A stretch of DNA of 64,000 bases from Sminthopsis crassicaudata (Eukaryota): NCBI RefSeq assembly GCF_048593235.1, contig NC_133619.1, forward strand, positions 273,496,454 to 273,560,453, given 5' to 3'. This document shows positions 11,283 to 24,235 of this stretch, in pieces. The position numbers and the translations under genes were made by a program. The first letter of the stretch is position 1. Every line of letters starts with the position of its first letter. The notes under the pieces were generated by a model. It did not search any database, was not told where the DNA came from, and worked only from the letters and a program-made list of their open reading frames with translations.

Positions 11283-11420
11283 AGAGATGGTGAGAGTACT
11301 TACTGCTCAATTTAACTCATTTTTTTGCCTTGAATTTGGTTCAAAGCAGACGTCCTTTGCTTTCCTATCATGGCAAGTAATTTATTTTAGCTTGAGTAGG
11401 AACAATTATTTGGAAATAGA
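11283..11420 (+). repeat. Copy B of the ~137-bp local direct duplication (partner 8576-8712)
   Basis: Same alignment as copy A. Confidence 0.93.
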
Positions 11421-11714
11421 GACTCCACCTGCCAAAAGTAAGTGTCCCAAGTCTCCCAAATTCATTCACCAAGTAGGTAGAAGTCCTCCCTGGATTTCTG
11501 AGCAAGAACTGTTTGTATACCCCTCCTGCAGGAATTGCCTACAACCCAAAAGAAAATGGGTTGCTCTTTTGGCATATCTGAAAAGTTGAACCCTCCAGTC
11601 ACAGAAAGCAGTGCCCACTAAATAATGTAGAAGGATTTCTCTAGGAATTCAAAGAATATTTGACAGGTACAAGGAAATATAATGAAATAAATCAGTTCTT
11701 TTTGGACCCAAAGG

Positions 11715-11910
11715 TCTTCTTGACTTGGAATTAGAAAGATCTGAATTCAAATTCAACCCCAGAGACTTACTACTTATGTTAATCTGGGCAAATCATTGAA
11801 TATCTCTCAACCTAAATTTACTCATATGTAACTAGAAATAATAATTGCATCTACTTTACAGGGTCGTTTTCAGGACTAAATGAGACAACAGAAGTAAAAC
11901 GCTTTGTAAA
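11715..11910 (+). mobile_element. MIR-family SINE
   Basis: gaaagatctgaattcaaattc...ctgggcaaatcattgaa...catatgtaactag...tttacagggtcg...aaatgaga...aaacgctttgtaaa. Confidence 0.75.
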
Positions 11911-12100
11911 TATTCACACACACACACATATATTCTATTTTCCATGCACACATTCATACATATATAATATATACAAATACACATATTTTATATATACACA
12001 AACATGTATATATCAATATGTATATATGTGGACATATATATGCTATTATTCTTTATTTTTCTTTCTTTTTTATTTGAATAATTTAAGCTAGAATGATAAA

Positions 12101-12140
12101 ATGATGATGATGATGATGATGATGATGATAATGATGATAA
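12101..12140. repeat. (GAT)n microsatellite
   Basis: atgatgatgatgatgatgatgatgatgataatgatgataa. Confidence 0.95.
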
Positions 12141-12981
12141 TCCTGCCCTGGTTAATAAATTTTTTGAAGGTTTAACCAATCTTGTTCATGATAATTTAGC
12201 ACAAATGAAGGGAGTTATCCATTTACCTAAGCTGATCAAACAATGTACTACCTTTATTTGAAGTTGAAGTTGTGGTGATCTCTCCATCATTTTCCCAGTA
12301 CTACATAGGAGAACAGTTAAGGGCCAAAAAGAAAGTAGAGTTGGTACTGGGTTTGTTGATATCCTATGTTCTAGAATAAAACACTAGCTATATTAAGTGC
12401 CATTCACATACCTTACCTCTTTGTCTACAGAGATGAAGCTATTTTAAAATATCCTTCTCCAAGTATCCATCCACAGATCTATCAGATCATACTACAGTTC
12501 TCACCAGCCACCTATTTCGGATTCTCATAACTGAACTCAGCTCTCAGTATTACAGCCTTGAGAGCCTGTGCAGATTTCATAGATTCATTCCTCATGCATC
12601 AAAAATAATTGCTTCAATAATTTTATGGTTCCTGGGTTATGTGTAGAACAAATACATGGACCTATGACTCAGGAAACCAAGTCCTTCTCAGGTATGGATA
12701 TTATCAAATATTCACCCATAATTTAGTCCATGCTTTTCTCTTTCTAGTGGAGCTGCCGATCCATTCATTGGCTCACATTGTATATACCACCCATGAAGCA
12801 GAAATTAATCAAAGACACATTCATACTCCCTTCCAAGTACTAGGACTTTGTTTTTTTTTTTTTGTTTTTTAACACATTTGAGGGGGGTTACCCTGATATA
12901 AGCCATATGATTGTGTGATCATTTCCATTCTAGGAGTACCAATTCCAGCCAGCAGGATCTATTCATCAAGCAAAATGGAGA

Positions 12982-13017
<36 letters not shown>

Positions 13018-13089
13018 ATAATTCTGAGCAAGTTTCTGGATAAAAGAAGAGCTCATCTAATCTTCTGTCCTTCTCACTGAAATTTGATA

Positions 13090-13395
13090 ATATTTATTCA
13101 TTTCAATATAACTCAATCCAACCACTATTTATTAAAGACATGTTCAAGTTACCAGTTTAGGTGCTAATAAGACAAAGGAAAAGTGGAACAATTCCTCCCT
13201 TCAAAAGACTTGCAGAGACAGCAAGGAAGACAATGGAAAGAACACTAAATCCATCATCAAAAAACCTTAGTTCAAATCCTGCCTCTGACACTAACTACCT
13301 GTGTGACTTTAGGCAAGTCATTAACTTCTCTGAGATTCTTTGTAAAATGAGAGGGTTGGAACAGATGGTGTCTGAGGTTCTTATTGCTTTAGATC
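13090..13395. mobile_element. L2 tail (minus) followed by a MIR-family SINE (plus)
   Basis: tatttattcatttc...aaccactatttattaaag...taggtgctaata (L2 tail, reverse), then ttcaaatcctgcctctgacactaactacctgtgtgactttaggcaagtcattaac...tgtaaaatgagagggttgga. Confidence 0.7.
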
Positions 13396-15399
13396 CGTGG
13401 TCCAAGTAATACCAGGAGAGAGGGGAGATTCTTGCAAAACTACCGAGCTCTGAACACTACCACCAGATGACACCATTACCTTCCACTACTGAAATCCAGC
13501 CTATAATATCAGTGGGCCAAGAATGGTGCTATTCACCAAAATGTATCTAACCCAGATACAGGAAATTAAAATTAGTAGAACATGGCCTGCAGAAACCACT
13601 GAAGTAAATATGAATACCAGATTTTGCCCTTTGATTTTCACATTGACCCCATCATTTTTCAGAAGTTAGTTAATGAGTTAAATATTTCAAAACCTGCTGA
13701 TTTTCAAGGTGGTAGTTTACCTCCAGTGATGTTTGTCATTTACTTATAGCATCCCATTTAGCACTTCCAAATAGGTCCAAATTGTTTTATACTGCCTACA
13801 ATAATTAAAAAGTCTAAGGAACTGCCCCAAGGAATTCTCAATTCATATGAACTTAAATCTATCCTGTGGGGCTGATCAAAGTAGTCAAATTCTCTTTGGT
13901 TCATTAATGTGCCAATCTAGATTTTTCCAGCAAAATCTCTGAAACAGAATTTGTGTGGTTCAAATCAAATAGGGATAAAAGGGCCCTTTCCCTCAGAGAT
14001 ATTTAATGTACTATATAGGTTTCAGGTACCCAACAGCATAGATAATTTGCAGGACTCTGAAACACAAACATATACAGAAACACAAAACATTCACCCTAAT
14101 TATATTCTCCCTGGACAGTGAAATCTTCCATTCACCTTAGACTTATATTGTCTGAGCAACTCATATAAATTATCATGGGGAGTTGACAAGGTACAGATCT
14201 ATCCAGTCATAGCATGGCTTTAATTTTTCTACCTATAGTATCTCTTTTTTGGTGATCCTATTATTCTCTAAGAAGCATTCTATTACCACAACCTTTTCTC
14301 CCTGAAGACCTAGTTCAAGATTAACTATAAGGTAATCATTAAGGACTGAAATATACATTTTATAGAATAACAAGTTATTTACCCTATTCAGAAAATGAAA
14401 GAGAACAAGGCAACCAGGATATTGTGCCCTAGAGATTCCAGTCCCAAGTTCATCAGGGCAAGTTTATAACTCCCACTGCCATGAATTTATGGCATATAAT
14501 TAATTGCTGCTGCAATTACTGATGGGTGATAGAGGAAAGAGAAATACTCTCTTCCTCTTGTATACTTAAGTCTGAAAGTCCAAGGAAGAGAAATAGCTTG
14601 ACAAGAGTCAACCTATTTCAGGCCACAGAATGGGAAGGTTTCTTCTACAAGAGACAGTTCTCCCTGAATCTCTGTAGCCCACCATCCTTTATTTCATTCA
14701 CTTGGACCAAGAAGAAATTTCCTGAGTCACCCCAGCAAGTAGATAATGAGTGTATCTTATTCTATGAGAAGTGCTCCCTTCCAGCAGAAGTCTACACTCA
14801 ATAATTTCACCAACCAATTGAGGGAGGGAAAACTCATCTAATTGAGCAAATGTTATTCCCTTTTGTACTGTTAGAAATATGCCCATTTGAAGAAGAAGAG
14901 ATAGAATATAAGGAGTATAAAATAGGTGAGTGGATCTACACAAAGTAAAGACCACACTACAGAGAAGGGGTCTTGCTTTGACAATGCAACCGTTTCTCTA
15001 TTATGATGTTCATGGATAGTACTTAGTCCTAGTCAAACCATTCACATAAAACTAACCAAAATGCTGAAGCATCCTTAATCTATCAGTGGACATCAGAGGC
15101 AGGAGGCACATTCAACAATCCCAAAGAAGTATTTACCTCAGTCACCATCTTTTTCTACCCAAATCCACATAAATATTTCATTCTTAAACATTTTTATGTC
15201 CCCTCAGGCAGTCTGCTAAAGCCATTCTCAAAATGTTTTTAAATTATAAAATTTGTAAAATTACAAAGAAACCAACTAACTGTATTGAAATACAGTAGCA
15301 TATATAGAAATATACAGACACACACACACATATATATATGCACATGCACACTGGTATGTATGTGTATGTATGTATATGTATATGTATGTATATATATAT

Positions 15400-15735
15400 A
15401 TACTAGCATACCTAACATGGCCTCTTGAGGCTATCCTCTCACAGATCATAGTTCTCTCTCTCTTTTGTAGAAATAACCTACCTAAAGTTGAAGCTACTTT
15501 CAGTGAAGACCACATCTGCGTAATGATACTTTCTTGATGGAGCAGGACCTCATATTACCATCTACAATGGGCTGTTTAAAAATGGAAATATTTTGCAGGA
15601 TTATACATGAAGAATCTATACCAAATGATCGCCTTCTCAGAAAGGCAGTAGGGGAGGGAAACAATTTGAAATTCAAAATTAAAGGGAAAAAAAGAATCAT
15701 TTTACATGTAATTAGAAAAAATACATAAAAATGTA
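15400..15735 (+). mobile_element. Degraded L1 3' fragment
   Basis: ttatacatgaag...tggctgttt, gcagtaggggagggaaacaatttgaaattcaaaatt, tttacatgtaattagaaaaaataca. Confidence 0.5.
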
Positions 15736-16599
15736 TATTAACTATAAAAAATTTGAACCCTTCAGGGTACCTGCCAACTTAAACAATATCACATCATATG
15801 GGAGTAATTTGTAATAGATTCAAACTTTACTAACACTTCCTTTCTAAGTAGAGTTCCTGCAAGATGACCCTCCACCATTGTGGCTAGTCCCCTCCACCAT
15901 CCAGGGAGAATGTTAACCCTACAGGGAAACAGCATGTAGAGCTGAGAAAAACTAGCCCTACATATTATTGACTTCTAGGTATACCCAGCAGAAATCAATG
16001 TGGAGCAAAGCTGATTGAACATTCTCTCTTTTATTCCTCCTCCAAAATAGAAAAGAGGAAAGAACTAAAACATCCTTAACCATACCTTTCTTCTCCCACT
16101 GTGATGAATGGGTTGGGCAGGTGGGGATCATCTTTCCTTTGATTACTCCTCTTTGGGTTAAACACCTGATTACAGCATTTGAACTCATTTTAGACTAAGG
16201 ACGAAATGATTTGGGAGTTGATACGATCACATTCTCTACTAAATTAGGGAGTTTATATAAGGAAAAAAGTTATTAATAAAGCATAACAGCTTTGTGTTTT
16301 TAGTTAGGAAAATCCTTAGCATTTAAGCAGAAGTTTATGTCTTGCCCTAGTTATATTTTATGTATTTCCTGGCAGTTCCTGGTTTCCTCTATTCCTATTT
16401 GCTCAAATTACTGTTGAGCAAATATTCAGTAAGTAGATATTCACTAAATGAATTCATGATCAATCACTGATTTTTTGAACCATGAATTTTTACATTAAGC
16501 AAAAATAAACATATAAAAACAGCTAGATTTTTTATTTTCAAATTATTATATAACTGTTCCTGGTACAGGCAGGCAAAAGGAAAGAGAATTTTTAAGGAT

Positions 16600-16940
16600 A
16601 TGTATTTTATTTTTAAAATTCACTTAATGGTATTTTATCTTTTCCCCCAATTACATGTAAAGATAGTTTTCAACACTGATTTTGGTAAGATTTTGAGTTC
16701 CATATTTTTTCCCTCCCTTGCTCCTTTTCCTTGTCTCCCCAAGACAGCAAGAAATCCAATATAGGCTATACATGTACAATCATGTTAAACATATTTTCAT
16801 ATTAATCATTTGTGAAAGAAGAATCAGAACAAAAAGGGAAAGCCACTAGAAAGAGAAAAAAAACAAATTCTAAAAATTAAAAATAGTAAGCTTCAATCTA
16901 CATTCACTCTACATAGTTGTTTCTCTGGATGTAGAAGACA
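16600..16940 (-). mobile_element. L1 3' UTR fragment
   Basis: ccaattacatgtaaagatagttttcaacac...ttttgagttccatattttt...tacatgtacaatcatgttaaacatattt...ctctggatgtaga is the reverse of the marsupial L1 tail. Confidence 0.85.
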
Positions 16941-17639
16941 TTTTAGGAGGAAAGGAATTCTAAAAAAAATGTAAACTTTTCAGAGCTTTTCTCATCCCTT
17001 AAAGTGATGATTACAAACCAGCAATCTCTGCATTTTGTTCCACTTAACATGTCTTCCCATCCTCTCTCAAAGGAAGGCTACTTATTGGCTGCTCACTCTC
17101 TATGCCACTGCCTGACCATGTTCTCTCACAGGTAGACTAGTTATGTGTTCTCTGTGTTATCTCTGTTCCTGTTGCAGACTGCATTTCCCTTTTTCCAAAC
17201 CCCCAGATACAACTAAAGTCCATCCTTACTCATAGATTGCTATTTCAGTCTCTCTAAAAGCTGTGAAAAAATACTCTCTGCTAAACCCTAATTTCATAAT
17301 GCTAGTCAGGAATCAAATGCCTATGAACTGGGAATATGGGACATTCCTTGCTGGTTGAGACAAGGATGGAAAGTTTCCACTATACAAGAAAAGGGAGAGA
17401 CATATATAAAAGATAAAAATAACATGGCAACATGACCAAAGGAGATAATTTTTGCAAAGTGCTTAGTATAGTAGCTGGTACATAGTAGGTAATTAATAAA
17501 TGCTTATTTTATTCCTTTCCCCCTGAGGAATCAAGAAGGATAATCAAAGGTCATCTAACACAAAAGCAGGAGAGACCAAGCAGAAGAAAGCAATAGTCAT
17601 CACAGAAAACCAAAACCCAGAAAAGTTAAATGGTTTGCC

Positions 17640-17860
17640 CACCATTGTTGTGGTCTGATTCTTCACCCTCCCATTTGGGGTTTTCTTGGCAAAGATAATG
17701 GAGTGATTTGCCATTTCCCTTTCCAGATCATTTTACAGATGAGGAAACTAAGGCAAACAGAATGAAGTGACTTGTCCAGGTTCACACAGTTTGTAAGTGT
17801 CTGAAGTCACATTTGAACTCGTGATTCCAAGGCTCTGTGCTCTGTGGAACCACCTAGCTG
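17640..17860 (-). mobile_element. MAR1-type SINE
   Basis: ccatttggggttttcttggcaaagataatggagtgatttgccatttcc...ttttacagatgaggaaactaaggcaaacag...cacctagctgtcc. Confidence 0.88.
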
Positions 17861-18269
17861 TCCTTGCCCAAGGTTACACAAATAGAAAATAGAGGACCTT
17901 AAACTTGAAATCACATCTTCTAATCCTGAGTACATCTTGCTGCCCTACATAATGTTGATGCTCCTGGGTGAGTCAGAGAGACCCAATCAACTCCATAGAA
18001 GCCCTGGCAAAGGAAATTTACTTTATTTAAAATTCTGCAGTGGGAAATCCCCATAATAATTAACTTAAGCCTTCTCATACTGTCATCACCCACAGATGCT
18101 TTTTTCAGGAAGTCTGTGCTGTAAGTATATTCCACTTGAAAATTAGGTTAAGTACTTGTGGACTGCAATGTGGGAACAATGACTTGTCATAGGTATATTC
18201 TGACAGTCGTGTCCCCAATCATGTGTTCGAAGCATATGCTGCTAGTGTTTTTCGGTTTCCAGGTGCAGT

Positions 18270-18440
18270 ACAATGGACTAGTAGGAAGACTTGTGGAATC
18301 CTATTTAATTGTCTCATCAGCTAAAGGTTGGCTTTAACTTCTGTTTGCCTCAGTTTCCTCATCTGTAAAATGGGAATGATGATAATACCTTCCTCAAGTG
18401 ATTGTTATGAGGATCAAATGAGATTTATTGGCAAAGTGCT
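18270..18440 (+). mobile_element. MIR-family SINE (CORE segment)
   Basis: ttaacttctgtttgcctcagtttcctcatctgtaaaatgggaatgatgataatacct...gttatgaggatcaaatgagat...aaagtgcttg. Confidence 0.88.
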
Positions 18441-18444
18441 TGTA

Positions 18445-18570
18445 AGAGAGAGACAGAGACACAGACAGAGATAGAGGAAACAGTCACAAGCATAGAGAGA
18501 CAGTCAGAAACAGAGACATAGACACAGAGATAGAGAAAGAGACAGAGAGAAAGCAAGAGAGAGAGAGAGG
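18445..18570. repeat. (GA/GACA)-rich low-complexity tract
   Basis: gagagagacagagacacagacagagatagag...gagagagagagg. Confidence 0.9.
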
Positions 18571-18999
18571 TTTTTGTTTTTTTTTAAGTCTAATCCATAT
18601 AAGAAGAGGAACCTCCCTTCCAACATCCCCTCACCTCCAGTGACAGAGAACTTGCTGCTACTTCCAATGCTGGACAGCCATCATTGTTAGGGGCAGTTCT
18701 TTCATATACTGAAGTAAATATTGACTTCCTGCATCTCGTACCCATTGTTCCTCATATGTCACCTCAGGTAAAGCATAAAGGAGAGTACTCTTCTTTGTAA
18801 TGTATCCTCCCCAAGTCCTTTCTTTTCCAGGAATAACTCTTCAGCAGTCCTTCCATGTCAGTCTCCATTTCTTTCAACAATCCTTCCTCTGGACCCATTC
18901 TAATTTGTTAATAATTTTCCTAAAATCATTCCTAAATCCTAAGATCCTTTTTAAAAAAATCTATAGTTTTTGTGTACTATAGCAGCTTTTAGAGGAACT

Positions 19000-19235
19000 A
19001 TAGAAATGGATAGAGCAGTGGGTCTGGAGTCAATAAGATTTGAGTTCAAATGCAGCCCCCGACTCTTACTGTGTGATCCTGAGCAAGATTCTTAACTTCT
19101 GTCTGTCTCCATTTTTTCAGCTATAAAATAAAAGCATCAACTTTACAGGGTTGTCCTGAGTGAGCATCAAAAGAGCTAATATTGGTAAAGTGCTTAAAAC
19201 AGCTCTTGCATTTAGTAAGCACTTAATAAATGTTT
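19000..19235 (+). mobile_element. MIR-family SINE
   Basis: ggatagagcagtgggtctggagtcaataagatttgagttcaaat...ctgtgtgatcctgagcaag...aaagtgcttaaaac...gcacttaataaatgtt. Confidence 0.85.
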
Positions 19236-19924
19236 TTTCTTTCTCTTGCCTACTTGACTTCCTTAGTAAAAATATTTCTTTCTTTCTTTTTTTTTTGCTA
19301 CCAAGTCACACTCTTATTGCTCAGGCTTGTCATCATAACAAATATTCTCCATCTTTACAATACAGCACATCAAACAAAAAGATACACACAGAACATCTGG
19401 GGGAGGAATGGTACTATCTTATGCTGATCTATAAATCTAGGCCCTCCCTATAAATTTACTCCACTCTTCCCCATCTGAAGAGAAATGTAGGCTGCTACTT
19501 CTTAGAAATACTAAAAATATACATTACCTCATTCCTTTTGCACAGACCAGCCCACTGCAACAAACCACTGTAATTCTAACCCCTCAGCTAGTTCTGTTAA
19601 AGCCTACCTCCCTCTGGAGAGCCGAATTTCTCCTGTTTATCATGTCTCTCAGACTGACAGACACACACTTTATAATGCATTCTATATTAGCCTTGGCCAG
19701 AGTATCTACTTTCCATTAAAGATGACTCGAGCACTAAGTTATCTCCACCCAGACCTCTCTTGCCATTTGTTCTCTGAAGCTCTTCTCTGAGCTGTATTTC
19801 TCCTTCTTCCTTGACAAAATAGACAGAGCTTAGCAGTTAAAACCCAAAGCAGCCTCTGGCAGGGGAAACATTCTGGGAATGGGAGAGTGTGTCTGCACAG
19901 CATCACCTGAAATGAATGATTCTT

Positions 19925-20063
19925 NNNNNNNNNNNNNNNNNNNNNNNNNNNNNNNNNNNNNNNNNNNNNNNNNNNNNNNNNNNNNNNNNNNNNNNNNNNN
20001 NNNNNNNNNNNNNNNNNNNNNNNNNNNNNNNNNNNNNNNNNNNNNNNNNNNNNNNNNNNNNNN
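19925..20063. other. Assembly gap
   Basis: N run. Confidence 1.
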
Positions 20064-20929
20064 AGTGAGAGAGACAGAGTCAGAGAACTGAGGAAATATG
20101 AAATAAGAATCCAAACAATCCTATTATGCTCAAAATGGGTCAGGAAGATCACTAGTTTCTGCCTCAGGCATCACTCTTCCTGCAGTAGTTCATGCATAGT
20201 AAATGCTTAAATGTTCCCCTACATAAATAATCTGAAAAATTATAGAGATGTCTGACTTCTCAATTTGGGTTTGTTTCTTTTTTTCATTTAAAGCAAGGCT
20301 TCAAACTCATTTTGTTATAGTTGTACTGCATAGGTCATTGGTTAAAAAAAAAAAAAGACAGTGTTGAAAACTGGGAGCAACATCAGGAAAAAAAAAAAGT
20401 GTATTGCCATTCTAACCACTGTATTAAGATTCTACCATTTTTTATTCTACCTACAATTCACTAGTTAATTGAAAATACACATCAAAGAGCTTCATTTGCA
20501 TCCAGGAGAGTTCCATTACCCCAAAGCCTTCCTGGTATATTTACAGGCAAACAGAAAGAATTCTTCTGCCTCAAGATTGAATTAAAGACATTTTGTGTGA
20601 GAAAGGCATGTATAGACTACACTAGCACATGTTCATCCAACTATCTAGTTGATACAGGAACCAATGCTCCCCACCCCAACCCCCAGCTCTTTCCTATTGT
20701 GTATATTTGCAGCCAGGTGCAGGGATCACTGAATCAAATACAGCAGACAACCACATGCAAGCAAATGCAGATGCAGATACATTTATAGAGACATAAATAT
20801 GTAAACAGGAAGAGAAAAATATCCTTAATGATTTTTTAAGTTGGCAAGCTATTGAGTGTTTTAGAGTCAGTGGTTTTCCACAGTTAACATTTTATAAAGT
20901 AAACTTTCTTCCTTGTCCTTTTGAGAGTA

Positions 20930-21950
20930 AGCATGAAATACTGGGAAAAGCCCTGGATTTTGTTCCAACGTTCAAATCCTGAATCTGTCACTTAAGAGCT
21001 TTGTGATTTTATTCAATGAGCCTCAAATAACAAAAATCTAACAAATTCATCATTCTGGGCCTCAATTACTTCCCCTGTATAATGAAAGAAATGGAATAAT
21101 TGACCTCAAAGCTCCCTTCCAGTTCCAATATTTTGTGATTCTTAATCTCTCTTGCCCAAGCCTTATTCTTCAACCTTAGGGTGGTATATACCCCCCCCAA
21201 AAAAAAAAAATCAACAAGCAAGCATAAATAAAAATAGCTAGCATATAGAAGTTAAAAATTTTGAAAGTACTTTACAAATATTATCTCATTTTGTCCTCAC
21301 GACAACCCTGGGAGCTGGATGCTATTATTATCCCTATTTTACAGATGAGGAAACTGAGATCAATGAAGGTTGAGTGCCATGATTTCTATCACATAACTAC
21401 TAAGTATTTAAGGCTTGATTTGAACTCAAGGCTTCTGGAATCCAAATTCCATACTTTATCTACTGCACCACCCACTACTGATAAGCTCAATCCTTCTAAC
21501 TTTGGGAGGCTCGGCGTTATAAAGGACTGTCTCCTGCTTTCAGCACCGGGTGTCATTGTGTGGCTCAAAAGGAGGCTGAATAGATATCTCAGGCATCTTG
21601 TTCCTGCCAAAAGGTGGAGCAGGATGTTAGGATCAGAGGCCACTCTGCTCTCCTCAGAGAGAGGGAATCCTGGAATAGAATTATATTTATTTACTTCTTT
21701 AAATGGGACAGCTAGTGGAGTAGTAAATTGAGCACTGGGCCTGGAGTCAGGAAGAGCAAAGTTTAAATCTAACTTCAGACATTTTCTTGTCATCTAACTT
21801 TGACCTGCATAAAACTGGAAAAGAAAATGGCAAACAGTGTGGACAGTATTACAATGCTAAAAGACATGACCTTGGAAGATAACCCCCTCAGGTCAGAAGG
21901 ACCTGATATGCAGTGGTTCATAGGGTCACAAAAAATAAGATAACAAAAAC
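20930..21950. mobile_element. Cluster of MIR/MAR1 SINEs: about 20930-21140 (+), 21225-21475 (-), 21705-21950 (+)
   Basis: CORE motifs: ttcaaatcctgaatctgtcactta; cctattttacagatgaggaaactgag; gagcactgggcctggagtcaggaagagc...ctggaaaagaaaatggcaaac. Confidence 0.8.
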
Positions 21951-23559
21951 AATAACTTAAATATTATTTGTTTAGGGGATGTAATTTTCAGGCTTGTTCT
22001 CATTTATCTGTGTTTGTTATTGGGGGAAACAGAATCCCAACCTTTACATCCAAAGTTTGACATCTTTCCCATCAAATACCAGTTTCACTATGAATAGACC
22101 TAGAAATGAACAAAGAAAGCCATTTGTTCAAACTGCAACAAAATGGAACTCAGAGAAAGTACACATAGGAAAATATATACCAAAAAATACAGAACGAAGG
22201 ACTTCTCCCATTGAGAGCAAGATAACTCAGCTCAAGCAAGGGAGAGACTACCAGATCTCACCCAATGGGAAAATTCTCTTAAATCTCTGACATAGCAAAA
22301 TGGCAAAATGAGATTGCTGATTGTTCTCATGTCTTCTCAGAATCTTTTCCTTCAGAAGCACAAAATAGGGTTGATCTTGTCCATTCTCTCACTTAAAGCC
22401 TTAACTTCCAGAAGTCCAGAGACTCATCTATTCAAAGAAGGTCCAATGAAAATTGCATAGTTCTCCTCTCTCTTGCTCTGGTCAGCTCCATCCCACCCCT
22501 CAAGCAGAACATTGATCACCCTCAATAAGGAGAGAGTCCCATACCTTTGGGACTAGAGTTACACTGAGAAGTAGAATTCTTTCTGTACTTATCCTCTGAC
22601 TTGATCATTAGCTATACATCATGTGGTTTGGTTTCTAGCACACGATCCATAAAGCTCAAAAGTTTGCCCTTTGATTCAAGGGATAGACCTGCAAGGGATA
22701 AACAGAGAAAGTAAAGGAGTAAGCAAGTCAGTGGAAAGCTCAGCATATGACACAACTAAGCCAACTCTTAGCAAAAACAACTTTAGATGAAACTGTAAGG
22801 AGAGCAACAAATAGTTGAAAAATGAAAGATTTCTCACTATTTCTATGACAAGCTTCTTGACACTGATGACAGTGAAACTACCACATTTGAACTCAAATAA
22901 CTCTCACATGTGTTAAATTAGGAAATATAAGTGTTACTTTGGAAGTTAGAAAGAGAGACTGGATGAAACCAAAGACAGAGAATAAATCTTTGCTGAAGCT
23001 GGTAAAATTTTAATTGTATACTCAATTTTCAAAATTTCTCAAAGTGACACAAATTTCAACAAAATGGAAAAGATCCCACATTGTCTTGTTGCCTAAAATA
23101 AAAGGGGGCAACCAAGAATTTTTTAGGAAATATCTAGTACTTTCTTTATGAGAATCTTGACGAGAATGATGTATATTATTAACAATGCCTTTGATACAAC
23201 TAGGAGACCGAAAAAGGAAAAATATCTCAGAAAGAATCATAGAATTTTAAACTTGGAAGAGACCTCAGCACAGCCTGCATAAATCATCCCTTAAAAGGAT
23301 CCTTATTTATAATAATATACCCAGTCAGTAGTTATCTGTCTAAAAATCTCTAATAAGGAAGAAGTCCTAGTTTCCCAAAGTAGCCCATTCTACTCTATAT
23401 AACTCAATTTTCAGACAGCTTTTCTGGACAAAAAACCTAAATCAATGTCTTTGTCCCTTCTATCCAGAAATTTCCTGATTCTTCCTTCTTAGGCCAAACA
23501 GTCCAAGTCTACTCCCCTTTTCTATATGTCAGCTTTTCAAATATTTCAATATGTCTGTT

Positions 23560-23800
23560 GTTTTGCAATTATTTTAGTCATATTTGACTCTTTATAACCC
23601 CATTTGGTATTTTCTTGGCAAAATACTAGAATGGTTTAGCATTTCCTTTTACACACACAGCCTATTCTACAGATAAGGAAATTGAGGCAAACAGGTTTAA
23701 GTGACTTGCTCAGGGTCACACAGCCAGTTAGTGTCTGGGGCCACTCAGGTAGTTGAACCTTACCTGATTCCAAGCCCAGCGCTCTATGCATTAGGGTGCC
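23560..23800 (-). mobile_element. MAR1-type SINE
   Basis: ttgttgttttg...ccccatttggtattttcttggcaaaatactagaatggttt...gaggcaaacaggtttaagtgacttgctcagggtcacacag. Confidence 0.85.
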
Positions 23801-24059
23801 ATGTAGCAGCCCATGAATATGTCTATCTTGAGTTTTGTATTCCTTAGGTTAAATAACTCCCATTCACCTTCAACTAACATCACAAGACAGAAGGCTCAAG
23901 GGCCTTCTGCATTCTGATTGCTGTCTTCTAGATGCCTTCCAGTTTATGTGTCCTTCTTGTTGGCATAAATGTACATTATCTATGTTACATTATATTTTCA
24001 TTTATTTTCCTAGCCATTTCTCAATTACATTTTATTTTGGCTTGTGCTTCACTCAGGAG

Positions 24060-24235
24060 TTTTACAGCCACCAGAAGAATTTGACATTTTGGACTAAAGG
24101 ATAGGGTTAAATCTAATAAGATGAATTTCAACAGGAATTTAATGTTAAATATTTGCACTTAGGCTCAAAAAAATGAAGTCCTCTGGGTTAGGATGGGGGA
24201 AACATGTTTAGAAAACAGGTTGTTTCAATGCTGTT
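24060..24235 (+). mobile_element. L3/CR1 LINE fragment
   Basis: tctaataagatgaatttcaacaggaa...aatatttgcacttaggctcaaaaaa...aggatgggggaaacatgttt resembles the CR1/L3 RT 3' region. Confidence 0.65.
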
